Assembly: GCA_965235115.1 (NCBI GenBank)
Contig: OZ249436.1
Location: 46,564,001-46,628,000 of the forward strand
Length of the DNA: 64,000 bases
Reading direction: 5' to 3'
Source of the DNA: Laetmonice hystrix
Taxonomy: Eukaryota
This document shows positions 27,011-38,136 of the stretch, piece by piece. The notes under the pieces were generated by a model. The model saw nothing but the letters and a program-made list of their open reading frames with translations, searched no databases and had not been told where the DNA came from. The translations under genes and the position numbers were made by a program. Numbering within the stretch: the stretch's first letter is position 1; each line of letters begins with the position of its first letter.

Positions 27011-27691
27011 TCAGATACTTTCCAGGGTAGATCTCTTAACAATGGCTGCCATTTTGACATATGCATTTTGCATGACGTGCCCAAAGTCTCCATCACAATT
27101 CTCCTTCACACAGACCGTAACAAAAGGCACAACAGCGCCATCTAGCTGTGAGACAGGCGGCAGCCGATTCTTTAGGAAGTTTCCATTGACTTCCTTCATA
27201 CAGGTGAGTAACATCTTGCTGATCGCCACCGCATACGACGACTGATGGGATGGGGTCACTGCATTCAGTAACTTGGCAGTTGCACCAAACATATTCTGGT
27301 GAACTTTCTTCATCACCTGGCATTGGAATTCACCAAAGTCATCCGCGACACTTGCAACCACCCAAAACGCTATAGCTGGGGACACATCAACAGACCTTTG
27401 TTTATTGTTGTATTTCCACGAGGCCGTGGCGGAAACAGCCGACATGAAGAAATCAACCCCAGGGACATCTTTCACCATACTGTTGGCAATCTGATGGTAG
27501 TGTGCGATGTTCTGCCACACCTGTTCACAGTATGACTCGTCGCCCCGCCATAGGAGTCGGAAGGCACACACCATACGCTGTGACTGCACCACTGGCCCTA
27601 CTATCTCCTCCGTCAGGAACTCCCGTAGCTCGTTCGAGTGGAGGTAATTGGTCGGGTACCTGGCGCCAGATCCATTCCCTCCTCGTGATGC
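27011..27691 (-). CDS. Cassette V1: putative alternative terminal exon, uncharacterised ~225-aa domain
   Basis: Acceptor ttctttctttag|GCA; 681 nt, phase 0, open to the stop (ASRGGNGSGARYPTNYLHSNELREFL...CAFRLLW...FFMSAVSAT...SPAIAFW...MKEVNGNF). Confidence 0.9.
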   Translation of the reverse strand, partial: ASRGGNGSGARYPTNYLHSNELREFLTEEIVGPVVQSQRMVCAFRLLWRGDESYCEQVWQNIAHYHQIANSMVKDVPGVDFFMSAVSATASWKYNNKQRSVDVSPAIAFWVVASVADDFGEFQCQVMKKVHQNMFGATAKLLNAVTPSHQSSYAVAISKMLLTCMKEVNGNFLKNRLPPVSQLDGAVVPFVTVCVKENCDGDFGHVMQNAYVKMAAIVKRSTLESI

Positions 27692-27893
27692 CTAAAGAAA
27701 GAACAGTTCAGAATTTCACATGATTGTTACATCCACATGTAGGACATTGTAATAGTTGGGTGAGAAACTGGGTTTCAATTGACATTTAGTAATTTTAACC
27801 AAAGTTGATCGTCAGTACAAGCTCAAGTAGAGGCTTGCCTTTCTTTTGCCTTAAAGGACCAGTGTATTCCTTTGAACGCCGTGCTGGCCCGCC

Positions 27894-28230
27894 CGCGCAA
27901 TTTTTTTTCCCACATTAGTTCTGGACCCCCCATTATCATACAGCCAATCAGAAACAGGCACACATATGGCTATGGAATACCGGCGACGTCATGCGAGATG
28001 CGAGACAGTGTGTTTGGGTTAGGGTAAAGGTTAGGCCTAGGGTTAGTGTTAGTTTTCATAGCCCAAAATTATTGTTAAATAGGCACTAATTGATGAGCAG
28101 TGGATGTGTCAATAAGAAACATTCACTGACACTGTTCGGTCCCATATCGCGAGCGATAGAGTCTGGCGTTCACTGATTGGCTGAAGCTAGAATGGGGTCC
28201 GGAACTAATGTGGGAAAAAAATTACGCGGC
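27894..28230. mobile_element. MITE-like element with ~60-bp imperfect inverted repeats
   Basis: ccgcgcaattttttttcccacattagttctggacccc...cagccaatcag versus ctgattggctg...ggggtccggaactaatgtgggaaaaaaattacgcgg; GGGTTA-like centre. Confidence 0.75.
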
Positions 28231-28302
28231 CCGCCCTGTTGTGTACATCCGCACAGAAAATAGCTCACGAAAAATGAATTGTAGAGGCGGGATCAAGCCC
28301 GG

Positions 28303-28590
28303 TGTCCCAATTTCAAATAACCTCCCTGTCAGATTACCGGGGGGTAACCTGAAGCTAGCTTCAAATTACCCCTGAAGAATCTGAAGTTGGTTTCAAAAAG
28401 CCCCTCGGTTAGAGTTAAGGTAAGTTTAGGGTTAGGTCTATTTGAATTAGGCCTAGGCTAACGCGCGAAACATTGTTTATCCAAAGTTTATTTTTGTAAC
28501 TTGAAACTGGGGGAGGGGGTAATTTGAAGCTAGCTTCAGATTACCGGGGGGTAACTTCAATGGGGGGGGGGGGTAATCTGAAACTGTTAC
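28303..28590. mobile_element. MITE-like element with inverted repeats
   Basis: tgaagctagcttcaaattacccc versus ggggtaatttgaagctagcttca; GGTTAG-rich centre. Confidence 0.7.
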
Positions 28591-30092
28591 AAGGGGGCAG
28601 CTAGCGAGCAATGAAACAGCAATAAAACATCTCATAGTGGGAACATCTAATTCCCGACAAATTGACTAAAACATGGGATAAATAGCCACAATCAGAGGAT
28701 CCTTCTTTTACTATGGTGTTTTGAAAATACAGGTAGGCCTAATCAAAACCTCCTAAATTATTTGCCCAAAATGAGCCGATCTCCCGCAAAATTTTACTAA
28801 ACCTCCCGCAAGCAGGTAGAAGACCCTTGGCCGGTCGGTGATATACGGCATGTGATGTGATAATCGAGGCGTTTGTTAAATCTGAGAAACCTCCAGCATT
28901 GAAATCCCAATGTGGTCCAAACTCCAGAAAAATCTTCACAAATCTCCAGCAAAATGGAAGACCCCCTTGGCAGGTCTGTAGGGAAAGCAATAGGCAGGAT
29001 TACGAGAGGCCGGAATACAGGTACTACCATAAATACAGGGTGTGTGTAACTTTGTAAACCTTTACGTACATACTAGTGGTTATTTACTTCGAATTCTACG
29101 TATTATGCTTTAGTCACACACATTTTGGAATATAGTGAACGGATATAATGAATGGTTAAAATCTACATGGACGTAACCGGATGTTGGATTCCTGGGCTCA
29201 ATCGTCAGTAAACGTAGGACACGTTCAGTATAAGACTCACCTATATTTCCCCAAGTCTCTTCAGGAGCTAGCCACCCATTGATGTGTTGGGACTCGTTAC
29301 AAGTACCTCTCGCATTTATCGAACAATAGTGGCGTATTGCCTGGTGGAGAACAAACCCTACCCTACTCGAAGTATGGCTTCCCCAAAGGACATAACAAAC
29401 TATCGAAACCCCCAAAAGAAGACAATACCCAAATACATGTACCAACCCCAACACAGCACAATGAAATTTACAAACATCCTTTATTATCCTCGGAATATCT
29501 CCTCGGCGTAGATGTACGGTACAAAAATGTCAAACAAAGATTCAACTGTGTCAAAAATCGTAGGTTTGACAGACTGGCAGTGAACAACCAAATTTAAAAC
29601 TGAACAATATCTACATGTCATCTTCATTACCAGCTTTTCATTACTTCATCCCTTGTCTTAATAAACTCATAATAAACACTTAATATTACTCAAAATAATA
29701 GTTTGGCCTGCAAGTGATACCCAGTACAGTCTTCGGCTGGACATTTCAACACCCATGCCAACAGAGTTTGCCAAATCATATACGGTACAAATTATATATA
29801 CTGTGTATGGTGAAATACATATTTTACAACCTTCTTACCTAGAAATTACCTCTGGATTTTTGCCATATTCAACACAACGAACCAAAAATCATTTTTCCTC
29901 AGGCCAGGAAATCATGTAAGAAAGGATATAGAAAACTTACAGCTAGAAAATGTCAGGTTATGTCTTTAACTGACCGTATCTACACAACCTGTGCAGTAGT
30001 CAAACCAGGGAAAAAACAGTAAACTTTTACAGCAATTGCGAGTTTCCAAACATGAAAAACAAAAAAGTTTTTAGATTAAAAGGTCCTCCTTG

Positions 30093-30353
30093 TCAGTGAA
30101 ACACTGAACATGTGCCTTCGTGACGTTTCAGGGCCCACTTTCGATTAAAACTTGCATAACATTTCTCGCATTTAAACGGCCTTTGTCCATTATGTGTAAA
30201 CATGTGACGTTCAAGATAACAACGATGAGAGAAGGTCTTGTAACAGACGGTACACGCGTACGGTTTGGACGGTACTCCAGACGTTATGGAATCCCAGTCA
30301 CCATTGCACTCCTTATCATCAAGGTTGTCCTGCCACGTGGACTTTTCTGCCGT
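30093..30353 (-). CDS. Zinc-finger cassette: putative alternative terminal exon with C2H2 + C2HC fingers
   Basis: Acceptor tttgtgtctttacag|ACG; 261 nt, phase 0; KPYACTVCYKTFSHRCYLERHMFTH-NGQRPF-KCEKCYASFNRKWALKRHEGTC then SVFH*. Confidence 0.92.
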   Translation of the reverse strand, partial: TAEKSTWQDNLDDKECNGDWDSITSGVPSKPYACTVCYKTFSHRCYLERHMFTHNGQRPFKCEKCYASFNRKWALKRHEGTCSVFH

Positions 30354-30848
30354 CTGTAAAGACACAAACGTTGGTTTTTGAAACTTGAAATTTGAAGGAA
30401 AATGAATTTGAAGCAGTGTATAAAGTTTATGTGACCGAGGACAACCAAGAATTTCTGCTGGTATTCCATAACGCAAGTTTTGGGCCAAGTCATGCCATTT
30501 TGGCTGGCCCTCTGCAAAGTCAACGAGTCAGGACAATAGTACATATTGATACGGTAGAAGTTATTGCTGCCTGACCATATGATTGCCAGGGTTACCTATG
30601 TAGGGAATTTGTTTATATTCAGCATACAGTTCAGCTATACAATTGTGCAGGCAGGAGGCTGCTTCCAATATTAAAGGGCCTTAACATGCACCCAGACACA
30701 AACCACTTTGATCAAAACAATATACAGACAAATTACCCTGCTGACAGTTGGGTAGGTGGGGTGTTCCTCAATGCAGTCGGTCTGTGAGGTGTTTATTACA
30801 ATACCCCATCAATTTCTACTGTAAAAGCTACTTTTTTTTATACATGCC

Positions 30849-31523
30849 TTAAATCGTTTCTATGGACACCCTCTTAACAATGGCAGTCAGTTTGGAAGAT
30901 GCCTTTTGCATCGACTGGTCGAAGTCATCAGTTGCGTTTTTCTTCATGCAAACTGTGAGAAAAGGCAGGGCGGTGCCACCAGTCTCAGAGACAGCATCCA
31001 GACGATTCTCAACAAACTTCCCATTGACGTCTTTCATAGCTGTGTACAAACTCTTGGTGATGAGTTCCCCATACAATCGTCCCAGGCCTGGGTTCTCGGC
31101 ATTCAGTAACTTGGCTGTTGCACCTAGAGGGTTCTGGTCAACCTGCTGGAGAAGCTGGCATTGGAATTGGCAAAAGTCCTTTACGCCTGTCACCACCCAG
31201 AACGCTATGGCTGGGAAGATCTGTACGGACTTTTGTTTCGAGCTGGATCTCCAGGAGGTCGTTGCAGAGACAGCTGACAAGAAGAAGTCAACCCCAGGAG
31301 CATTCTTCACCATACTGTTGGCAATCTGGTGGCAGTGTGCGATGTTCTGCCACACCTGTTCACAGTATGAATCGTCGCCCCGCCACAGGAGTCGGAAGGC
31401 ACACACCATACGCTGTGACTGCACCACTGGCCCTACTATCTCCTGGTTGAGGCACTCGCGCAGCTCGTTTGAGGTGATATATTTATTAGGATATTTCGCG
31501 CCATTTGCTCCTCTTCCCATTGT
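30849..31523 (-). CDS. Cassette V2: putative alternative terminal exon
   Basis: Acceptor gttgatttcag|ACA ATG; 675 nt, phase 0; family motifs present; minus-strand AATAAA at 30797-30792. Confidence 0.92.
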   Translation of the reverse strand, partial: TMGRGANGAKYPNKYITSNELRECLNQEIVGPVVQSQRMVCAFRLLWRGDDSYCEQVWQNIAHCHQIANSMVKNAPGVDFFLSAVSATTSWRSSSKQKSVQIFPAIAFWVVTGVKDFCQFQCQLLQQVDQNPLGATAKLLNAENPGLGRLYGELITKSLYTAMKDVNGKFVENRLDAVSETGGTALPFLTVCMKKNATDDFDQSMQKASSKLTAIVKRVSIETI

Positions 31524-32672
31524 CTGAAATCAACAATACATTCTTGTCAGGGGTGCTGCTCTGGTAATAAAAACTGCTTTACGTCTTCTTGCACGTCAAC
31601 ACAGCAATGACAGTCTTCTTACAGTGGACACTCGTTTATTACAGTGACAACATCTGTGCTTTGTTACAGAGAGCTTAGCAAACCATCAGAAAGTTCCTGC
31701 AGCTGCTTTGAGTAAAACAAAAATCAAAGCAAAATCTCGCCTCTGCCAAACAGGCCGTTTAAGTACCTCCCGACAGTTACATCAGGTTGCCATACGCACT
31801 CTAGCAGTCTGCCAGCCTGTTCATTTTCTTAGCCTCCTGCATGGGCAGTCAGACAGACAGCCACCTTAACCTGGCATGAATGTGAAGCATGGACTCTACA
31901 AACATGCACTCACTTACTGGCTTTCCTTTTTCTTAGAAAAACATGAGCTCACCACTTTGTAAGTCTTACATCAATGTTCAGTGAGATAATGGACACATTA
32001 CTGTTATACATAAGTTTTAAAACATCTGTATTATTATAATATTTATGTGTATTTTCCTTCAATATTATTATTATCCTCCAAATAAAACTGCTTACAAAAA
32101 TATACACTAATTCCCAAGAGAGTATGTTTCCACCTTAAAATCATCGGTTGTTTTGGGATAAAACGTAGTTCAAGTTCATTCAGAAAATGGAATACGTGCC
32201 ATGTAAGACCTACTTTGTGGGTCACTAGAAAAAACGAAAAAAAAAACAAAAAAAATATGCCACGATTAGGCCTCAACCTAGCTGAATCCCAGATTTCAGT
32301 ACCATCAAAATAAACTACCAACTCTCTTGGGACGGTACTCAGACCACAACCATCGAGCAGCTTTGGTTCAACTGATACAGGGGTGCGTTTCTCATCACGT
32401 CGTTACCTTGTCGTATCGTTAACTCCAATGCATTTTCAATGGGGATTTTAACGCACGACAGGATAACGATAGATGAGAAACGCATCCCAGACTCTGAGTG
32501 GTGATCAAACTGATGTGGACTGTATGAAGTAACCTTCATGATGACTGAATACAAGGTAGGTTTGATGGTCTTTGTGTCAACCAATAAACATAAAATCTAA
32601 GACTGTTTTGACGGATTCTCCTCATATATCCTATCTATTCAATCCAGGCACACTTTGCTAAAGGATCTGTCC

Positions 32673-33377
32673 TTATGTTGGCGAAAACTTTCTGAAAGCA
32701 ATCCTGGGTGAGAACGAGCTGATGGTGGAGAACCCTTGCTGAATGGCCTGGGATATAGGGCCGTCTTTGTACCAGACGACAGAGACGGCCTGCCCTCCGT
32801 CCCTACCCTCCACCGTCACACTCGCTCCACTGGTATCAACCATCTTCTTAATGAATACGCTGTTCATATCCTTGAGTACAATGTAAAGGTTCTTGGCGAT
32901 TCCATCCATGTTGGAGCTGTCACACGCCAGCTCCTTCAGACTGGCTGCCTTTGGGTTCTGCTGAAGCTGACTGAGGGTGTGTGTCAGACCCTTGCGCTGT
33001 TCCAGAGGAACAGCCAGCCAGTAGGCCAGAGATGGGATGATCACCCGAGAACACTGGCCTGGCTTACGGTACTGGTTGGACGTGGTGGCTGTGATGGATG
33101 ACACAAACAGCTTCACGCTCTCCATCGTCTTTACAATAGAGTCAACCTCACTCTGAAAGGAGAGGATGGTATCCCATACATTTTCAGTCTCAACATCTCG
33201 AAGGTTCTTCCACTGCATGCGGAAGGCAAAGGCTGTCCAGTTGGCCTGCCACACTGGGTCCACAATGTGTCGAGTCAAGGCAATTTTTAATCTTTGGCTT
33301 CTCATCATGGGATGCGGGTACTGGTCCTTGGTCGTTCTCTGTCGAGTCGTTGGGGTGATAATTATTGGACTGGACGC
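32673..33377 (-). CDS. Cassette V3: putative alternative terminal exon
   Basis: Acceptor gttgatattgcag|GCG; 705 nt, phase 0; FAFRMQW, LFVSSITATT, IPSLAYW, LYIVLKD. Confidence 0.9.
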   Translation of the reverse strand, partial: ASSPIIITPTTRQRTTKDQYPHPMMRSQRLKIALTRHIVDPVWQANWTAFAFRMQWKNLRDVETENVWDTILSFQSEVDSIVKTMESVKLFVSSITATTSNQYRKPGQCSRVIIPSLAYWLAVPLEQRKGLTHTLSQLQQNPKAASLKELACDSSNMDGIAKNLYIVLKDMNSVFIKKMVDTSGASVTVEGRDGGQAVSVVWYKDGPISQAIQQGFSTISSFSPRIAFRKFSPT

Positions 33378-33622
33378 CTGCAATATCAACACAACCAATC
33401 ATTATGGCTGGGAGAGGGCTTTACGCTGGGAGGGGGTGTTTACTGGCGCCCCATTCCTGCTGTTTAAAACATGTCAGCGAGCCGCTGCTGGACACCAATT
33501 AGCCTCAACTTGAACAGGAAGAAGCAGCAGGAGCTAATGAGAAAATAGCAATATACCGGTATGTCATTATGCAGAGTGGTTGCCACTTTGTAGCATGTTG
33601 ATTTCGCGGTGTTTTGTACAAG

Positions 33623-33697
33623 ATCCATGGCTGATATTCAGCTCCATGGCTGATATCCATGGTCCATGGCTGGTATCCATGGTCCATGGCTGGTATT
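33623..33697. repeat. Short ~21-bp CCATGG-containing tandem repeat
   Basis: tccatggctg(a/g)tatccatgg units. Confidence 0.8.
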
Positions 33698-34920
33698 CAT
33701 TTACAGAGGGCACAATGTCACCGAGGTTTAGAGGTGAGAGGAGGCATCCAATCCATACTAAGCATCTTTCACAGTTTGCATTCAATGTCCAAGGCTAAGT
33801 TTTAACTTCGTGTTTTAAACGTCCTGATATTAACAGTTTAGGTTTCAATGGTAAGCATTTCTCTTCCAGCAAATACTGTGCCACTTAGGCTTTTCACCCT
33901 GTTGTAATTCTGATGGGGAAAAAACCTCAAGGTTAGTAGATGGGCATACACTGGTAGTCGGACCTGGTTAATAAAAATATAACTGACTGGTAGGAAACGT
34001 ATTATATACTGCTGACTGGTTCTGCCTGAACTGATGAGGAACCTATTACATACTCCTGACTGGCCTGCCTTTTAGTACCTAGACTGATGGGGAACGTTAT
34101 TATACACGTCTACAAAGCTTTAAATTGTGCAGAGTAAAAGTAGGATTTTTGTGACATTTTACTCGAATAACAAATGGCAAAATGTATGCCCTTCAACTGA
34201 GGTGATTTTCTTTTACTTTCAATGTCGTTCAAAAAGGAACAAATAATTGGTGCTAAACTAAAAAAAACAACTGGAAAAAGATGTCTTTTAAAAAATCATT
34301 TCTTTTATTAAACGTCAATAAAAGAACAAACTTATAGATCTCACTGCTAAGCTACAATTACACCATTGTTCAATGACAGTTTTTATACATCTGTAGAGAA
34401 AACTGGTTCGACTCACCCCCCCCCCCCCTGCCTTAGTGGTGAAAACAAAAATAGGGCGTTACCGTTATTGGATTTATATAACTTGTAAGTCACATGTCCC
34501 ACTTCAGCAGTCAGACTGAACGATTGCGTCCAATCATGTCTAGCCACACGAGTCAGTGTTAGACAGATGTAAACATCAATCACAACATCCAATCTAACTC
34601 TGTTCATCCGTTAATCCCCCAAATTTAGCGGTAAAATAACTTTTCTTATTTTGTGGTAATTTTACCATGGCGAATGAACCTATACCCATGGTGAACAATC
34701 TTCCTGAACACTCAATGACAACAAGAGTTACAGTATCCTCCCAGAAATCTGTCAATACAGATTCCACATCCCCAGGTCAAAGTTAATCTATTGACAGAAG
34801 TAGAGTTCCATACGAGTCATTCAATCTCAGTCTAAATGTTTCGAGAACAGAGAACGTACAAAGCAAAGCAACATCTCAAACTACAAGTGGTATTCCACTA
34901 ATATCTTTATCTTTAACATT

Positions 34921-35091
34921 CAGTTTAGATTTTAAATTTTCGACTATATTTTTACAGGTTCCCCACTTCCAGTAGGTAATCTCAACTAATTTTTACCAAT
35001 TTTACCTTCAGTTCCTAAAGCTGTGTGATCTTTGTGAGCACCAACATTACCAGCCATTGCAGAACCAAGTATTATACCAGGAAACTAACAC
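34921..35091 (-). pseudogene. Decayed two-finger C2H2 cassette (pseudo-exon)
   Basis: Acceptor atgttctag|GTG, phase 0; translation ...WFCNGW*CWCSQRSHSFRN...YWKWGTCK keeps finger spacing with C->W (TGG) and H->N (AAC) single-base changes and several stops. Confidence 0.6.
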
Positions 35092-35501
35092 CTAGAACAT
35101 CATTGTAAAACATTATTGTAGAGCAGGTTATTTTAACTGAAAACGTACATTTCACTTTCAACTAAAATCTAAAACATTACAAGGAGCAACACGACCAGCA
35201 CAGAGAATCGTTTTTAACTTATGAATGTAAGGTTCGCTCTCAAAAATCGATATCCTAGTATAGACAGCTTGAAAAAAACATGATTATTTAATGTTTGACC
35301 TGCCCTGTCTAGGACAAAACATCTTAGAATGATAGGTTAATCAGCCAGACATCTCCATTCAGCATCGCCGCAACATCTCCAGACAGCATACACAATCAGC
35401 GACAAGTTTAAAACCTTGCACACCCCTTAAACCAGACACAATCATAGAGCCCCTAGACTGATCATATCTCACCCCCCCCCCCTCCCATGCATGACACCCC
35501 A

Positions 35502-36158
35502 TCATACAGAGCCCAATCCGATGCTCACTCCGATCCGTCGTAGTTCAGTATTGGCTGTTTGTACCCAGTCATTATACGATGAATCAGTAACATGGAGTCT
35601 TGCAACAGGCTGTGAGCCCATGCAAGGATCTAACCCACATGCTACTACACTTTCGTCCACTCTCGTCTGAACAAACTTCCCGCCGTAGATGTCCTTTGCT
35701 ATAAGATACAAACTCCGAACTATCTCACTCTCCTTGGCATGCACTCCCTCGGCAGACAGAATGTGTCGGTACTGAGCGTTCAAGTCAGAGGGAATGTGAA
35801 AGGACTGAGTTGGTGTCTTCAACACCACATAGTAAGCCAAGGCCGGTGACACGCTAGAGGATTTGGTGCCACATTTATAGTTCATCACTCGTGTGCCACT
35901 CACAGAGGACAAGAAGAATGCTACACCTGGTGAGTCCTTCATAATGCCATCAAACAGTTGTTGGTGTTTAACTATCTCCAACCACACTGGTTCAACATTA
36001 TGATCGTGACGCCATACTATACGGAACGCTGTCATGTACAAGTTGTTTTGTATAACCGGAGAAACAAGGTAGTCTTGGAGGAGTCGATGCAGCGCAGAGT
36101 TAGACGAAATGGTCTGATTTGGATAGCGTCCCATTGGCTGAATCAGAGGTTGGTGCAC
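35502..36158 (-). CDS. Cassette V4: putative alternative terminal exon
   Basis: Acceptor ttccaatttcag|GTG; 657 nt, phase 0; TAFRIVW, FFLSSVSGT, SPALAYY, LYLIAKD. Confidence 0.9.
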   Translation of the reverse strand: MHQPLIQPMGRYPNQTISSNSALHRLLQDYLVSPVIQNNLYMTAFRIVWRHDHNVEPVWLEIVKHQQLFDGIMKDSPGVAFFLSSVSGTRVMNYKCGTKSSSVSPALAYYVVLKTPTQSFHIPSDLNAQYRHILSAEGVHAKESEIVRSLYLIAKDIYGGKFVQTRVDESVVACGLDPCMGSQPVARLHVTDSSYNDWVQTANTELRRIGVSIGLGSV

Positions 36159-36229
36159 CTGAAATTGGAATGAAGGCATCCAGTCACATTCCTTGGAGAG
36201 AGAAAAAAAATGGAAAGAAAATCTATGAA

Positions 36230-36360
36230 AAATCTATTGTACCATATAATGAAGGCCATCAAAATGGTCATGCCAGCTGCACATTCTTCATGAATGTCAT
36301 TTAAAGAGCTGGACTGCAGCCACATTCTCAACATTTTGCCTTTAGAAAAGGTTCATAAAT
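36230..36360 (-). pseudogene. Decayed C2H2 cassette (pseudo-exon)
   Basis: Acceptor gtgattgcag|ATT, phase 0; ...AKC*ECGCSPAL*MTFMKNVQLA*PF*WP has C-x2-C, N (AAT) at the His position and an RPFxC-like linker remnant. Confidence 0.55.
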
Positions 36361-36673
36361 CTGCAATCACCTTGAAATGTAGCCTTCAGCATCAAATACT
36401 CATTTAAAAACAAGTGACAGGTCTGTTAATGTATGATAATCTCTGCCTGGTCCTTGAAACTGGACACTCAGACTCCTACTGACTCAAATAGACGGTTTCT
36501 GGCACCGTGTTGAACTAACAGTTTTATGTGCACATCTTAGCATTCCCATTGTATGAATTCGATATAAATAATTTACAAAACTCTTGTTCAATTCGTGTAC
36601 CTCTACTGCCTCTCTATTGTGAACACCACCCTTTGAAAAAAGTGACAGCACAAAATGAAAGTTTCAATTCATC

Positions 36674-37372
36674 TTATGTTCTTGAAAATCTCATGGAAGC
36701 AATTCGTGGCGTGATTGCCACAAAAGCCAATTTTTCTCCATTCACAACTTCGGCAGCAATGCTGTCTGTGTACCATATTTTGGCCACAGGCTGCGGTTCA
36801 CTATCCGCCTTTATCTGTGTAAAGTTAGCACTGTCATCTGTTTTCCTCTCTATGAACTTCCCGGAGAAAGCATCCTTCAGGACCAGAAACAGGGCCTTGG
36901 AAAGGCTGTCCATGTTTTTGGTGTCACATGCCAGCTGCTTCACCATGGCTCCAAGCGGGTTCTGCCCAATGCTCCTGAAGAGTCTCTGAGTGAGGCTGTC
37001 TGCCTCGTGGAAGGGCAGAGCGAGCCAGTAGGCCAAGGCTGGGCTGACAACTCGTGGGTGGTCAGGTTTGTGGTACTGCCAAGAGGTTGTGCCAGATATC
37101 GATGACACAAACAAAGAAACCCCATCGACAGCCTGGATTACTTCATCCATCTGACTCTGGTAAGCCACAATGTTGTTCCATACAACGTCTGTGTTTTCCG
37201 AGTCATTTTTCCACTGAATCCTGAAGGCACAGGCCGTCCAGTTGGCCTGCCACAGTGGTTCTACGATGTTTCTGACCAGCATCTGCATGGCTCGTTTGTT
37301 GGTCATCATTGTCCTGGGATAGCGGGCGTTCTGCCGTTGCCCTGGTTGGGAACCTAACATAATCCCATGATC
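36674..37372 (-). CDS. Cassette V5: putative alternative terminal exon
   Basis: Acceptor attgacattgcag|GAT; 699 nt, phase 0; CAFRIQW, LFVSSISGTT, SPALAYW, LFLVLKD; most similar to V3. Confidence 0.9.
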   Translation of the reverse strand, partial: DHGIMLGSQPGQRQNARYPRTMMTNKRAMQMLVRNIVEPLWQANWTACAFRIQWKNDSENTDVVWNNIVAYQSQMDEVIQAVDGVSLFVSSISGTTSWQYHKPDHPRVVSPALAYWLALPFHEADSLTQRLFRSIGQNPLGAMVKQLACDTKNMDSLSKALFLVLKDAFSGKFIERKTDDSANFTQIKADSEPQPVAKIWYTDSIAAEVVNGEKLAFVAITPRIASMRFSRT

Positions 37373-37529
37373 CTGCAATGTCAATACGTCAGCTAATTAC
37401 TCCTCAAGTCACTGCCTCAGGTTTACCAGAATATCTAAAACTTCAACTTGACAGCTTACAGAAGTGCCACCAGGGCGATACTGAAAGGATCAATCAATCA
37501 AACGTTATTTAATACACCCACCTACAAAT

Positions 37530-37730
37530 ACATTCCCTTCTTAATAAATACTGAAAAATTCGATGTGATTGATTTAGGCCCTTTGAAAGACAGGTAAAAC
37601 AGACAGTCTGGATCACTTTACCTAGGCGAGGGGACAGCACTTTCAGCATGCAATGATGAGCATGAGCAATTGTTCGACTTAATAACATGCAACACTTTGA
37701 GGATCCGGTCCTAAGGGGGTACCACTTCAA
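37530..37730 (-). pseudogene. Probable decayed two-finger zinc-finger cassette
   Basis: Open frame with SKCCMLLSRTIAHAHH...VCFTCLSKGLNQSHRIFQYL; the second half resembles C-x2-C-xKxFxQSHxLxxH with H->Y. No clean acceptor. Confidence 0.4.
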
Positions 37731-37771
37731 ATACCAAAAAAAACTGTCTCACCCCTTGGCAAGGCCGCTTC

Positions 37772-38136
37772 CTACATTAACTACAAGGTAACAATCATAG
37801 TCGCAGGGTCCAACAACACATAAAAAAACTGTCCCTTCCCTTGACAAGACCACTCCCTACATCAACTACCAGGTAACAATCATAGTCGCAGTGTCCAACA
37901 ACACATAAAAAACTGTCCCTCCCCTTGACGAGACCGCTCCCTACATTAACTACCAGGTAACAATCATAGTCGCAGTGTCCAACAACACATAAAAAACTGT
38001 CCCTCCCCTTGACGAGACCGCTCCCTACATTAACTACCAGGTAACAATCATAGTCGCAGTGTCCAACAACACATAAAAAACTGTCCCTCCCCTTGATGAG
38101 ACTGCTCCTTACATTAACTACCAGAACAATCATAGT
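37772..38136. repeat. 84-bp tandem repeat, ~4.3 copies
   Basis: Unit ctacattaactaccaggtaacaatcatagtcgcagtgtcc... starting at 37772, 37857, 37941, 38025, 38109. Confidence 0.97.

Noticed and set aside
28765..28980. Diverged ~140-bp direct repeat pair
   Set aside because: Probably internal repeats of an old transposon; element boundaries cannot be defined.
30862..31527. 221-aa plus-strand ORF and similar plus-strand ORFs over V8-V14
   Set aside because: Antisense shadows of the conserved minus-strand frames.
33760..33963. Further ZF-like traces (GEKPKWHSICWKR here; also ~30420-30540, ~38240-38370 CDFC/CGFC, ~39910-40100 FKCP/ICNK, ~42130-42195 CVKSYKIF)
   Set aside because: All are on the minus strand and fit the fossil-exon idea, but they are too degenerate to call by eye; they need an HMM scan.
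37795..38133. ORF with a 28-aa Cys/His-containing repeat
   Set aside because: Translation of an 84-bp tandem repeat; one copy shifts frame.
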